The position numbers and the translations under genes are program-made. 64,000 bases of DNA from an uncultured delta proteobacterium (lineage in GTDB: Bacteria > Myxococcota_A > UBA9160 > SZUA-336). The notes under the pieces are model-generated. The model made no database searches, was not told the origin of the DNA, and saw only the letters and a program-made list of their open reading frames with translations. The stretch is taken from the NCBI GenBank assembly GCA_963704165.1, contig CAVPHD010000004.1:288001-352000 (forward strand), read 5' to 3'. This document shows positions 1 to 10,006 of this stretch, in pieces (the first letter of the stretch is position 1; each line of letters begins with the position of its first letter).

Positions 1-615
<615 letters not shown>

Positions 616-642
616 GGCCCGACAGCGAGAAAGCGGGAAGTC

Positions 643-1540
643 TTGAGCGAGCAGCTGCGTCGCTACGCTTATCCGCTCGTCTATCTGCTGCTGGCATCGC
701 TTTCGGCGATCGGAATGGCCTCGCAGCGCGGCCCCGCCCCCATCGGCTTCGGGCCCCGTCTGGTCTTGAACCTGACCTTGCCGCTCGAGCGGATGGTCGC
801 CCTGCCGGTTCAGGAGCTCGGCGATCTGTGGGGGGACTACGTCGCGCTCGTCGCCGTGCGCGAGGAGAACGGCAAGCTGCGCGGGCAGCTCGCGCGACTC
901 GAGGACGAGAACCACCAGTACCGCGAGGCGATCCTGTCGTCGCGAGCGCTTTCAGAAGCTCGCGAGCTTCCGCGCTCAGCGCGAGATCCCGATGGTGCCG
1001 GCGAACGTGATCCACCACGATCTCTCGCCCTGGTTCCAATCGCTGATGATCGACCAGGGCGCCGCGGCCGGGATTCGGCCGGGAATGCCCGTGATCACGG
1101 ACGCAGGCGTCGTCGGGCTGATCTCCGGAACGACGCCCGGCGCCGCCAAGGTGATGCTGATGATCGACCCGCAGAGCCGTCTCGACGCCTATGTGGAGCG
1201 GACTCGGGCGCGCGGAACCGTCCGCGGCGTGGCGGCGCCGGTCTGCGACCTCGACTACGTGACTCGCCAGGAAAACGTCGAGGAGGGCGATCTGCTCCTG
1301 ACGTCCGGCATGGGTGGGGTCTATCCGAAGGGCTTGCGGGTCGGTCGAATCGCGGCTGTCGATCGAAGGACCTCGGGGCTCTTCCTCGGCGCGAAGGTCG
1401 TTCCCGCGGTCGATTTCGCCCGGCTCGACGAGGTCTTCGTGATCCTCGAGCAGCGCCAGATCCCCGAGGAGCACGAATTCTCCGCGGCGGACGAGGGGCT
1501 CTGGCCGCCGCCGCCCGCGGCTTCGGAAGCCCCGCCTTGA
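643..1540 (+). CDS. mreC: Rod shape-determining protein MreC (one apparent +1 frameshift near 940)
   Basis: Frame 1 from TTG 643 gives a TM helix plus coiled coil (VREENGKLRGQLARLE). Frame 2 continues ERFQKL...IDQGAAAGIRPGMPVITDAGVVG...GDLLLTSGMGGVYPKGLRVG, the MreC beta domains. Confidence 0.9.
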
Positions 1541-2075
1541 CGGCCCTCGCGAAGCTCGTCGGGGTCGGGCTGGCCCTGCTTCTAGGTCAGGTGCTCGCCC
1601 GCCTGCTCCTGCCGACCGAGATCCGACCCGATCTGATCTTGATCTTCGCGCTGGCGATGGGACTTCGAGGTGCCGGGCTGCAGGGCCTGATCCTGGCGTT
1701 CGGGGCGGGCTTCGTCGATGGACGTGCTCTCGGGCGCACCCCAGGGGCTGTTCGCGCTTCTGTGCGGAACGGCCTGCGCGGCGACTCGGCTCTTCGACAA
1801 GGCGCTCTACCTGCGGGCCGCCGCGCCCTGGGCGACCTACGTCGGCGTCTACGTCCTCGCCAACTGGGTTCTGCTCGGCGTCGCCCAGCGCTTGTTCGCG
1901 CCGGCGGGTGCCTCCGAGTGGGCCGATCTGCTGGTTCGGGCTCCCGGCACGGCCCTCGCCACCGCGCTCGCCGCCGCGCCGCATGCTCTCGGTGTTCCGG
2001 CGCCTGCTCAGCGAGTCCGATCTCAAGGGCGGTTGGACGGTCCTCGCCTCCCACGGACCGCGCGGCCGCTCGTGA
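1537..2075 (+). CDS. mreD: Rod shape-determining protein MreD (apparent frameshifts near 1717 and 1982)
   Basis: Hydrophobic protein with RPDLILI and GF.MDVLSGAP.GL motifs spread over three frames; TTGA overlap with mreC stop and GTGA overlap with mrdA start. Confidence 0.8.
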
Positions 2076-3934
2076 ACCGGCTCACCACGGGAGCGCCACC
2101 CTCGGACGGGATGATCGAACGTCGGCTGACCGGCGCTGCGCTGCTCGTCGTCGCGGCCTGGATGCTCCTGCTGACGCGTCTCTTCTACCTGCAGGTCGTG
2201 CAGGGCGACGTCTACAAGGTTTCGGCAGAACGAAACAGCGTGCGAACACAGCGCGTCCTGGCGCCCCGGGGCGCGTTGCTCGACCGGTACGGCGAGATCC
2301 TGGTCGACTCGCGCCCGGCCTTCGAGGTTCGCGTGGTGCCGAACGAAACCGACGACGTGCCGGCGACGCTGACGCGCATCGCCGGGCTGACCGGCCGCGA
2401 CCTCGAGGTGGTGAAGAAGAGCTATCGGACGTGCCGCGCGGGCGCGCGCGCTTCCAGCCGCAGCGCGTCGCGCACGATCTCGATCGCGACTCGCTCGCGC
2501 GCATCGAAGCGCGGCTCTGGGCGCTCGGCGGTGTGCTCACGCAGGTCACGCCCGTACGCGGCTACCGCTACGGGTCGAGCGCGGCTCACCTGCTCGGCTG
2601 GCTCGGCGAGGTCGGCCCCGAGCAGCTTCGCGAGAAGGAGTTCCAGAGCTACCGGCTCGGCGACGTGATCGGGCGGGGCGGGATCGAACGCCTGCTCGAC
2701 GCCGATCTGCGCGGGCCGCCCCGGCGGTCGGAACCTGCTCGTCGATGCACACGGCAAGGAGTTGAAGCTGCTCTCGCGGGTCGAGCCGCAGCCCGGGCGC
2801 AACGTCGTCCTCACGCTCGACCACGAGTTGCAGCTGACGGCGGAGGCCGCGCTGGAACGGAGTGGAAACACCGGCGCCATCGTCGCGCTCGACCCCGGAA
2901 CGGGAGAGGTGCTCGCGCTCGCGAGTCGGCCCGCGTTCGATCCGAACGGATTCGCCATCGGAATCGAGCCAGAGGTCTGGCGCGGATTGTCCTCCGACCC
3001 GGATAAGCCGTTCATGAATCGCGCTCTCCAGGGACAGTATCCGCCCGGCTCCACCTACAAGGTGATCACCGCGATCGCAGGTCTCGAAGAGAAGCTCGTC
3101 GACGAACACACGACTGTGTACTGCGGGGGGTCGTTCCGATTGGGCCGGCGCACCTATCGCTGCTGGAAGAAGGAGGGGCACGGGACGGTCGACTTGAACA
3201 AGGCGATCGTCCAGTCGTGCGACGTCTACTTCTACAAGCTCGGGCTCGAGCTCGGCGTGAATCGACTCGCGTACTACGCGCGTTCGCTCGGGCTCGGTGC
3301 CCGTACGGGAATCGAGCTCGGAGGGGAGATGCCCGGACTCGTGCCGACCAAGGAATGGCGCCTGCTCCGCGACGGAACGAGTTGGGTCGAGGGAGACACC
3401 GTCTCGGTCTCGATCGGGCAGGGCGCGAACCTGTGGACGCCACTCCAGCTCGCGGCTGCGTACGCCGCGATCGCGAACGGCGGGACGCGTCATCAGGTGC
3501 ATCTGCTGAAGCGGATCGAGGAGCCCGACGGGACGCTGGTGCGAAGCTTCGAGCCCGAGTCGTTGGGGGAAGTGCCGGTCTCCGCCGCGACGCTCGAGCG
3601 GGTCCGAAAGGGCCTCTCGGACACCGTCAATTCGCCGCGCGGAACCGGCGGCGCGATGCGGAATCTGCCCGGAGGCGTGCTCGCGGCCGGCAAGACCGGA
3701 ACCGCGCAGGTCGTCGCGATGGCGCAGGGCGAGCGTGTCGATTCGAAGGACCTGGCCCGACAGCATCGCGACCACGCCTGGTTCGTGACCTACGCGCCCG
3801 TCGAGAACCCGAGAATCGTCGTTGCCGTGCTCGTCGAGCACGGCGGTCACGGAGGAAGTGCGGCCGCGCCACTCGCACGCGATGTCGTGGTTCGCTTCCT
3901 CGAGCGAGAGGCGGAGATGCATGCCGGGAATTGA
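2072..3934 (+). CDS. mrdA: Penicillin-binding protein 2 (apparent frameshifts near 2427 and 2714)
   Basis: RLFYLQV, APRG.LLDRYG, AHLLG, G..GIE; transpeptidase motifs PGSTYK (SxxK), SCD (SxN position) and KTGTAQ. Confidence 0.92.
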
Positions 3935-5030
3935 CCGCCGACTGATTCAGAACTTCGAATGGCCGTTGTTCACGATGTCGGTCGTGGTCGCGGTGATCGG
4001 GATCGTGAATCTCGTCTCCGCCTCGCCCGATCCGACGGTCTCGGGTCTACCCGACACCGCGTTGCGCCAGCTCGTCTGGCTGGGGATCGGCATCGTGCTG
4101 ATGCTCGCGGCGCTCGTTCCCGACTACCGAACGCTCGAGCGCTTCGCGTTTCCGATCTACGCCGCGGTCGTGGGGCTCCTGGTCGCCGTCCTGCTCGGCG
4201 GACGGATCGTGAACGGTTCCCAGCGCTGGCTCGAGCTCGGCCCGTTCAACCTGCAGCCGTCGGAGCTCGCGAAGCTCGCGATGATCCTGATCTTCGCGCG
4301 GATTCTGGCGCGACGAAGTCCGAGCGCGCCGGTCGGACTTCGCGAGTTGATCGTGCCCGGCATCCTGATCGCGATTCCGGCGGCGCTGATCCTGAAGCAG
4401 CCCGATCTCGGAACGACGCTCGTGATTTGCGTCGTCTCGGCGAGCTTTCTCGGACTCACGCGCGTGCGGGTCTGGTCCTTCGTGCTGCTCGCCGCCATCG
4501 GGATCGCGGGCGCCACCGTCGCCTGGATGTTCTTCCTGCACGACTACCAGAAGGAGCGCGTGTTCACGTTTCTGAATCCCGAGCGCGACCCGCTCGGCGC
4601 CGCGTACCACGCGATCCAGAGCCAGATCGCCGTCGGCTCCGGGGGGCTCTTCGGGAAGGGGTTCGGACAGGGCTCGCAGAGCCAGCTCGATTTTCTTCCG
4701 GAGCAGCAGACCGATTTCGTCTTCTCGGTGCTCGGCGAGGAGTGGGGTTTCGTCGGCAGCGCGATCGTGCTCGTGCTCTACCTCGGCATCCTGATCCGCG
4801 GGCTCATGATCGCCCACTCGTCCAAGGATCAGTTCGGCTCCTACCTCGCGGTTGGCGTCGTCGCGCTCTTCTTCTGGGCGGGACTCATCAACGTCGGCAT
4901 GGTGATCGGTGTGCTGCCGGTGGTCGGCGTGCCGCTGCCGATGCTCTCGTACGGCGGCTCGTCCCTGCTCACGTTCATGATCGCGCTCGGCCTGCTGATG
5001 AACGTATCGATGCGCCGCTACATCTTCTGA
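3921..5030 (+). CDS. rodA: Rod shape-determining SEDS glycosyltransferase RodA
   Basis: GSQRW, LQPSELAK, QPDLGT, QSQIAVGSGG, FLPEQQTDF, P.LSYGGSS; ATG 3921 with GGAG upstream. Confidence 0.96.
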   Translation: MPGIDRRLIQNFEWPLFTMSVVVAVIGIVNLVSASPDPTVSGLPDTALRQLVWLGIGIVLMLAALVPDYRTLERFAFPIYAAVVGLLVAVLLGGRIVNGSQRWLELGPFNLQPSELAKLAMILIFARILARRSPSAPVGLRELIVPGILIAIPAALILKQPDLGTTLVICVVSASFLGLTRVRVWSFVLLAAIGIAGATVAWMFFLHDYQKERVFTFLNPERDPLGAAYHAIQSQIAVGSGGLFGKGFGQGSQSQLDFLPEQQTDFVFSVLGEEWGFVGSAIVLVLYLGILIRGLMIAHSSKDQFGSYLAVGVVALFFWAGLINVGMVIGVLPVVGVPLPMLSYGGSSLLTFMIALGLLMNVSMRRYIF

Positions 5031-5034
5031 CCGC

Positions 5035-5040
5035 TACAAT
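5035..5040 (+). promoter_or_regulatory. -10 element TACAAT, 6 nt upstream of GTG start (leaderless-type)
   Basis: ccgcTACAATcgaatcGTG; no SD. Confidence 0.6.
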
Positions 5041-5046
5041 CGAATC

Positions 5047-5730
5047 GTGAGGCGACCCAGGTCAGAAAACGTCGGGGCGTTCTTCGACGTCGACAAGACG
5101 ATCCTCGCCGAGAACTCCGGCACCGCCTACCTGAAGGCTCTGTACGAGCGCGGAGAGATCGACTGGAAGACCGTGCTCGCGGGTCTGGGCTCGTACCTCC
5201 GCTACAAGCTGAATCTGCTCGACATCGAGCGCTGGACCGAGCGGAACAGCGGCGCCTTTGCCGGTCGCAGCGAGTCCGCGACGTCCCGCGAAGCCGCGGA
5301 GCTGTTTCGAACCGCGCTCCTGCCGTCGATCTACCCGGAGGCCGAGGCGCGCGTCCGCTGGCACCTCGCGCAGGGACACCTGGTGGCGTTGGTCTCGGGA
5401 TCGACGAAATTCGTGCTCGATCCGATCGCCGAACACCTGGGCGTGAAGCACCTGCTCTGCACGCAGCTCGAGACGAGCGACGGTGTCTTCACCGGGCGCG
5501 TCGTGCGGCCGATCTGCTTCGGCGAGGGGAAGATCTACTGGATCCAGCAGCTGATCGAGCGCGAGTATCTCGACCTGGCTCGAAGCTGGTTCTACACCGA
5601 CTCGATCACCGACCTGCCGCTGCTCGATCTGGTCGGCCATCCCGTGATCGTGAATCCCGACCCGCTGCTGTATCGCAAGGCGCTGCAGCGCCACTGGCCG
5701 GTGCGATTCTTCCCGCACCCATCGCGCTAG
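5047..5730 (+). CDS. HAD-IB family hydrolase (SerB/PSPase-like)
   Basis: AFFDVDKTI motif I, LVSGS motif II, GEGK, YTDSITDLPLL motif IV, VNPD. Confidence 0.9.
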   Translation: MRRPRSENVGAFFDVDKTILAENSGTAYLKALYERGEIDWKTVLAGLGSYLRYKLNLLDIERWTERNSGAFAGRSESATSREAAELFRTALLPSIYPEAEARVRWHLAQGHLVALVSGSTKFVLDPIAEHLGVKHLLCTQLETSDGVFTGRVVRPICFGEGKIYWIQQLIEREYLDLARSWFYTDSITDLPLLDLVGHPVIVNPDPLLYRKALQRHWPVRFFPHPSR

Positions 5731-5754
5731 CGGGAATCCCGGCGGCGCGCGCGG

Positions 5755-6078
5755 CTAGAGAGCCGGGGCGATCATGGCCTTGATCTTGTCCTTGGGCTGC
5801 CGGCCCACGAGCTGTCCGACGACCGCCCCGCCCTTGATCACGAGCAGCGTCGGCATGGCGCGGACCTGCATCTTCGCCGCGGTGCCCGGATTCGCGTCGA
5901 CATCGACCTTCACCACGCGCAGCTTCTCGCCGTATTCCTCGGCCAGCTCCTTGACCGTGGGTGCGAGCTGCCGGCAGGGTGCGCACCACTCGGCCCAGAA
6001 GTCCACGAGCACGGGTACGTCGGACTTCAGCACGCTCGCCTCGAACGTGGCATCGGTCACGTCAAGAATCTTCGCCAC
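5755..6078 (-). CDS. trxA: Thioredoxin
   Basis: VLVDFWAEWCAPCR, MPTL; GTG 6078 preceded by AGGAGGA. Confidence 0.95.
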   Translation of the reverse strand: MAKILDVTDATFEASVLKSDVPVLVDFWAEWCAPCRQLAPTVKELAEEYGEKLRVVKVDVDANPGTAAKMQVRAMPTLLVIKGGAVVGQLVGRQPKDKIKAMIAPAL

Positions 6079-6436
6079 GTCGATCCTCCTCGGCAGGGAT
6101 GGCGACAGCATAGAACCTGCCGCGTTCGTTCGCATCGCGTGGGACGAAGACGAGCACGGGATGGTTTCCGGCGCGCGCGATCGCGGCTGCGCGCGCTCGC
6201 GTCGAATGCTCGTTCACTCCGAAGACGAGCACACCCGATCCCGGGTAGGTCGGCTCGGACGCTCGCGGGTGCTTCGGCATGACCTCGGGAGCCTCCACCA
6301 GAACGACCTCGCGGGTCCCGGCCAGGCGCTCCGCCTCTTCGAGATCGACGACGCGAAACGAGGATGGGGGCGCTGGACACGCGCCAAGACCCGTCGTCAT
6401 CAGGGCGAGCAACAGCGCACGGGCCGGCGAACGCAT
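6062..6436 (-). CDS. Small hypothetical lipoprotein, possibly a degenerate rhodanese-like fold
   Basis: MRSPARALLLALMTTGLGAC lipobox; TAGGCT 7 nt upstream of ATG; stop overlaps the trxA start region. Confidence 0.55.
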   Translation of the reverse strand: MRSPARALLLALMTTGLGACPAPPSSFRVVDLEEAERLAGTREVVLVEAPEVMPKHPRASEPTYPGSGVLVFGVNEHSTRARAAAIARAGNHPVLVFVPRDANERGRFYAVAIPAEEDRRGEDS

Positions 6437-6508
6437 TTCGCCAAGCCTACAGAAGGCCGCCTCTCGGTGCTTGCCGCGCCTGCCCGCGGGCGCGAAGATG
6501 CAGCGTCG

Positions 6509-7045
6509 ATGGGCCGGATTCTTCTTTCCGAGGGCGATATTACGGCGCTCGCCGTGGACGCCATCGTCAACGCGGCGAACACCGACCTGCAGCTCGGCTC
6601 GGGAGTTGCGGGTGCGATTCGCGAGCGCGGCGGCGCTTCGATTCAGGCGCAATGCGATGCGAACGGCCCCATCGCGCTCGGCGGGGCCGCCCTCACCGGC
6701 GCGGGTGAGCTTCCGGCCCGATACGTGATCCACGCGGCGGCGATGGGACGCGGTGCGACGGTGAGCGAGGATTCCCTGCGCGCCGCGACGCGGGCGAGCC
6801 TCGAGCTCGCGAACGCGCACCAGCTGCGCTCGATCGCGTTCCCGGCGATCGGTACCGGCGTCGGCGGCTTTCCGGTGCAGCGCTGCGCAGAGGTCATGCT
6901 CGAGGAGGTCCGCGCCCATCTCTCGCGTCCGACCAGCCTCGAGACGGTGCACTTCGTGCTGTTCGGCGAGCCTGCGTATCGCGTCTTCGAGCTCGCCGAC
7001 GACGCGGAGCGTGTGCGCGCGACCCTGGCAAGGTTCGCCCGTTGA
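6509..7045 (+). CDS. Macrodomain protein (YmdB/O-acetyl-ADP-ribose deacetylase-like)
   Basis: GDIT, DAIVNAAN, G.GVAGAI, VIHA, SIAFPAIGTGVGGFP. Confidence 0.93.
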   Translation: MGRILLSEGDITALAVDAIVNAANTDLQLGSGVAGAIRERGGASIQAQCDANGPIALGGAALTGAGELPARYVIHAAAMGRGATVSEDSLRAATRASLELANAHQLRSIAFPAIGTGVGGFPVQRCAEVMLEEVRAHLSRPTSLETVHFVLFGEPAYRVFELADDAERVRATLARFAR

Positions 7046-7833
7046 CGCTGATCGCCCACGGTCTCGCGACCGCGCTGTACCTGTTTGCCGCGTTTCTCGG
7101 CTGGACACGGAAGGACTCGGGTGGCGGCCGGCGCGGCGTTCCGTGGGTGATCGCGCTTGCAGCCGCGATCCACGCCGTCGGGTTCTACGGGCTGCACGTG
7201 CAAGACCCACCGGTGCCGCTCTCGAGCCTTCCGGCGGCGCTCTCGCTGGTGGGCTGGTCCACCGCGTTCGCGGGGCTCGTGATGATGCGCAGCCCGCAGC
7301 TCCGGCGGTTGGGGGGCTGGGTCGGATTCGCCGCCGCGGCGTACACGCTGCCGGCCGAGCTCGGCCTGCAAATCATGGCGCCAGCGACCGGGCCGGGGCG
7401 CGAGCCCGGTGGCTGGTCGCACGCCCACGTCTTGTTCGGCACGACGGGCTTCGCGCTGCTCGCGCTCGCGAGCATGGGCGCGCTCGGCTACCTGGCCAAG
7501 GAACGCGCACTGAAGCGGCGGCGCGGCTTCGCGCTCTCGCTGCCCGCCCTCGAGAGCCTCGACCGCGGCGAGCATCTGACGCTCACGCTCGGTTTCGCCC
7601 TGCTGACGCTCGGCGTCGCCAGCGGTTTCGGCTGGGAAGTGAACCAGGGCCACGACCTCTGGACGCAGCACACCGTGTTTCTCCTGATCGCATGGTGCGT
7701 GTACCTGATCCCGGTCGGGGCTCGGGTCGTGCGGCAGCAGCACGGGGCCTGGCCCGCGCGTGTCGTGCTTTTTAGCTTCGCGTTTCTCGCGTTCGCGTTC
7801 CTCGGCATCCGCATGCTCGGAGCGGTGCTGTGA
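7042..7833 (+). CDS. CcsA/HemX-like cytochrome c assembly family membrane protein
   Basis: About 8 hydrophobic segments, HV motif, LPALESLDR, GF.LLTLG; position directly before hemA. Confidence 0.8.
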   Translation: MTLIAHGLATALYLFAAFLGWTRKDSGGGRRGVPWVIALAAAIHAVGFYGLHVQDPPVPLSSLPAALSLVGWSTAFAGLVMMRSPQLRRLGGWVGFAAAAYTLPAELGLQIMAPATGPGREPGGWSHAHVLFGTTGFALLALASMGALGYLAKERALKRRRGFALSLPALESLDRGEHLTLTLGFALLTLGVASGFGWEVNQGHDLWTQHTVFLLIAWCVYLIPVGARVVRQQHGAWPARVVLFSFAFLAFAFLGIRMLGAVL

Positions 7834-9101
7834 ACCTCTTCATCGTCGGAATGAACTTCCGAACCGCGCCGGTTGCCGTGCGCGAGCGCTACGCGGTTCC
7901 GCCTGCGCAAGTCGTCGAGCGCGACGCGAAGCTCGTTCGGAGCGTGGGGCTCGACGAGGGCGCGATCCTCTCGACCTGCAACCGAACGGAGCTTCTCGGC
8001 GCCTCGCGCGCGGGCGAGTCGGCGCTGGAACGCATGCACGGATTTCTGCGCGAAGAGCTCGGCGACGGATCCGCGGCTCCGGGGCACGTCTACGAGCTGC
8101 GAGACGGTGACGTCGTGCGGCACCTCTTCCGCGTGGCCGGCGGACTCGACTCGATGGTTCTCGGCGAGGCGCAGATTCTCGGCCAGCTGAAGCAGGCCTA
8201 CCGCGCCGCGGTCGAAGCGCGCAGCACCGGCCCGGTGCTGAATCGTCTGTTCCAGCACGCCTTCCGCACCGCGAAGCGCATCCACAGCGAGACGGGACTC
8301 GGCGCTGCGACGGTGTCGGTGGCGCGCGTCGGTGTGCAGCTCGCGCGCGAGATCTTCGAGAGCTTTGCGGGCAAGCGCGTCTTGCTGCTCGGCGCGGGCG
8401 AGATGGCGGAGTCGGCGCTGCGCGGACTCTGCGAGGCCGGAGCGACCGATCCTTGCGTCGTCAATCGAACGCTCGCGACCGCGGTCGAGCTCGCGGGTCG
8501 TTTCGGTGGCACCGCGCGACCGCTCGATGCGCTCGGAGAGGAGCTCGAACTCGCCGATGTCGCCATCACGTCCGTTCAAGTCGATCGACCGATCGTCGGT
8601 CGGCCCGAGCTCGAGCGCGCGCTCGCGCAACGGCGCGGTCGTCCGCTGCTCCTGATCGATCTCGGCATACCGCGAAACGTCGATCCCGCGGTGCAGGAGC
8701 TCGAGAACGTCTACGTCTACGATCTCGACGACCTCGAGGCGACGGCGGAGCGCGGCCGCGCGAGCCGTGAAGCCGCGGCCGATCAGGCGAGTGCGATCGC
8801 GCGAACCGAGGCGGATCGCTTCCTGCGCTGGGTCGAAGTCCTGCCGCACGCTCCGACGATTCGCGAGCTGTACGCGCGAATGGACGCGCTCGCGCTCGAA
8901 GAGGTACGCCGGACCGTGTCGCGCCTGGGTGCGCCGTCCGAAGGCATGCAGCCCGAGTTCGAGCGTCTGGCGCGCGCGATCGTCGCCAAGCTCATGCACC
9001 GTCCGCTCGAGGAGCTTCGACACGAGGCGTCGATCGGCGCCGCACAGTACTATGCCGGGGCGCTTCGGGAGCTCTTCGGTCTCGAAGAGGAGGACCCGTG
9101 A
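7830..9101 (+). CDS. hemA: Glutamyl-tRNA reductase
   Basis: TAPVAVRE, STCNRTE, GLDSMVLGE.QILGQ, GAGEM, DLGIPRNVD. Confidence 0.97.
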   Translation: MNLFIVGMNFRTAPVAVRERYAVPPAQVVERDAKLVRSVGLDEGAILSTCNRTELLGASRAGESALERMHGFLREELGDGSAAPGHVYELRDGDVVRHLFRVAGGLDSMVLGEAQILGQLKQAYRAAVEARSTGPVLNRLFQHAFRTAKRIHSETGLGAATVSVARVGVQLAREIFESFAGKRVLLLGAGEMAESALRGLCEAGATDPCVVNRTLATAVELAGRFGGTARPLDALGEELELADVAITSVQVDRPIVGRPELERALAQRRGRPLLLIDLGIPRNVDPAVQELENVYVYDLDDLEATAERGRASREAAADQASAIARTEADRFLRWVEVLPHAPTIRELYARMDALALEEVRRTVSRLGAPSEGMQPEFERLARAIVAKLMHRPLEELRHEASIGAAQYYAGALRELFGLEEEDP

Positions 9102-10006
9102 CGCACCTCAGGCTCGGCACGCGGGCGAGCCAGCTCGCGCTCGCACAGGCGGAGACGATCGCGAAGCTCTTGCGCGGAAACGGCCACGAGGTCGAGATCG
9201 TGAAGATCACGACGACCGGCGACAGGCTGGAAGGGCCCGTCTCCGAGCACGGTGGCAAGCAGGTCTGGGTCCAGGAGATCGAGACCGCGCTCCTGCAGGG
9301 CGGCATCGACCTCGCCGTGCACTCCGCCAAGGATCTGCCGATGCAGCTCGCCGACGGGCTCACGGTCGGTGCGTACCCGCAGCGCGAGGATCCCCGCGAC
9401 GCGTTCGTCGGCGCGCCCGGAATGCGCTTCACGGCACTCCCCCCCGGAGCTCGGATCGGGACCGGATCGACGCGGCGGATCGCGCTCCTGCGCGCGCTCA
9501 GGCCCGAGCTCGAGCCGGTGCCGATTCGCGGCAACGTGCCGACGCGAATCGCGAAGATCGCGTCGCTCGAGCTCTCGGGCGTGATTCTCGCCGCCGCGGG
9601 GCTGGTGCGGCTCGGACTCGAGGATCACATCCTCGACCCGCTCGACCCCGAACGGTACGTGCCCGCCGGCGGGCAGGGAGCGCTCGCGATCGAGATCCGG
9701 ATCGACGACGACGACGTTCAGCAGGTCGTGAGCGAGCTCGAGGACGGGGACGTCGCCGCTCAGGTTCGCGCCGAGCGCGCGTTCCTGTTCGAGCTCGGTG
9801 GAGACTGCAAGAGCCCGATCGCGGCCTATGCGTCGATTCACGGCGTGCGCCTGCGCTTGCGAGCACTCGTGATGTCGCCGGACGGACGCGAACGGGTCGA
9901 GGGAACGGCCGAGGGCGAGCTGTCCGCGCCGGAGATGCTCGGAGCAACGCTCGGTCGCGAGCTTCTTGCCCGCGGCGCGCGAAGGCTGATCGAGGGACGC
10001 GGTTGA
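9098..10006 (+). CDS. hemC: Hydroxymethylbilane synthase
   Basis: GTRASQLAL.QA, TTGD, AVHSAKDLP, REDPRDA, IRGNVPTR, GGDC..PI cofactor Cys. Confidence 0.96.
   Translation: MTHLRLGTRASQLALAQAETIAKLLRGNGHEVEIVKITTTGDRLEGPVSEHGGKQVWVQEIETALLQGGIDLAVHSAKDLPMQLADGLTVGAYPQREDPRDAFVGAPGMRFTALPPGARIGTGSTRRIALLRALRPELEPVPIRGNVPTRIAKIASLELSGVILAAAGLVRLGLEDHILDPLDPERYVPAGGQGALAIEIRIDDDDVQQVVSELEDGDVAAQVRAERAFLFELGGDCKSPIAAYASIHGVRLRLRALVMSPDGRERVEGTAEGELSAPEMLGATLGRELLARGARRLIEGRG

Noticed and set aside
940..2714. Programmed ribosomal frameshifting at the mreC/mreD/mrdA breaks
   Set aside because: No slippery heptamers or shared context at the sites; single-base indels explain them more simply
643..3006. 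787-aa ORF suggesting an MreC-MreD-PBP2 fusion
   Set aside because: Only short in-frame pieces are genuine; it is a by-product of frameshifts and stop scarcity, and the real genes have their own overlapped starts and stops
6509..7045. Macrodomain (and MazG at 55061) as anti-phage defence components
   Set aside because: Both are ordinary housekeeping-type sequences with no DarT, sirtuin, TIR or toxin partners nearby
8767..10002. N-terminal 412 aa of the 922-aa ORF containing CobA-HemD
   Set aside because: Overlaps hemA/hemC out of frame; the real start is TTG 10003
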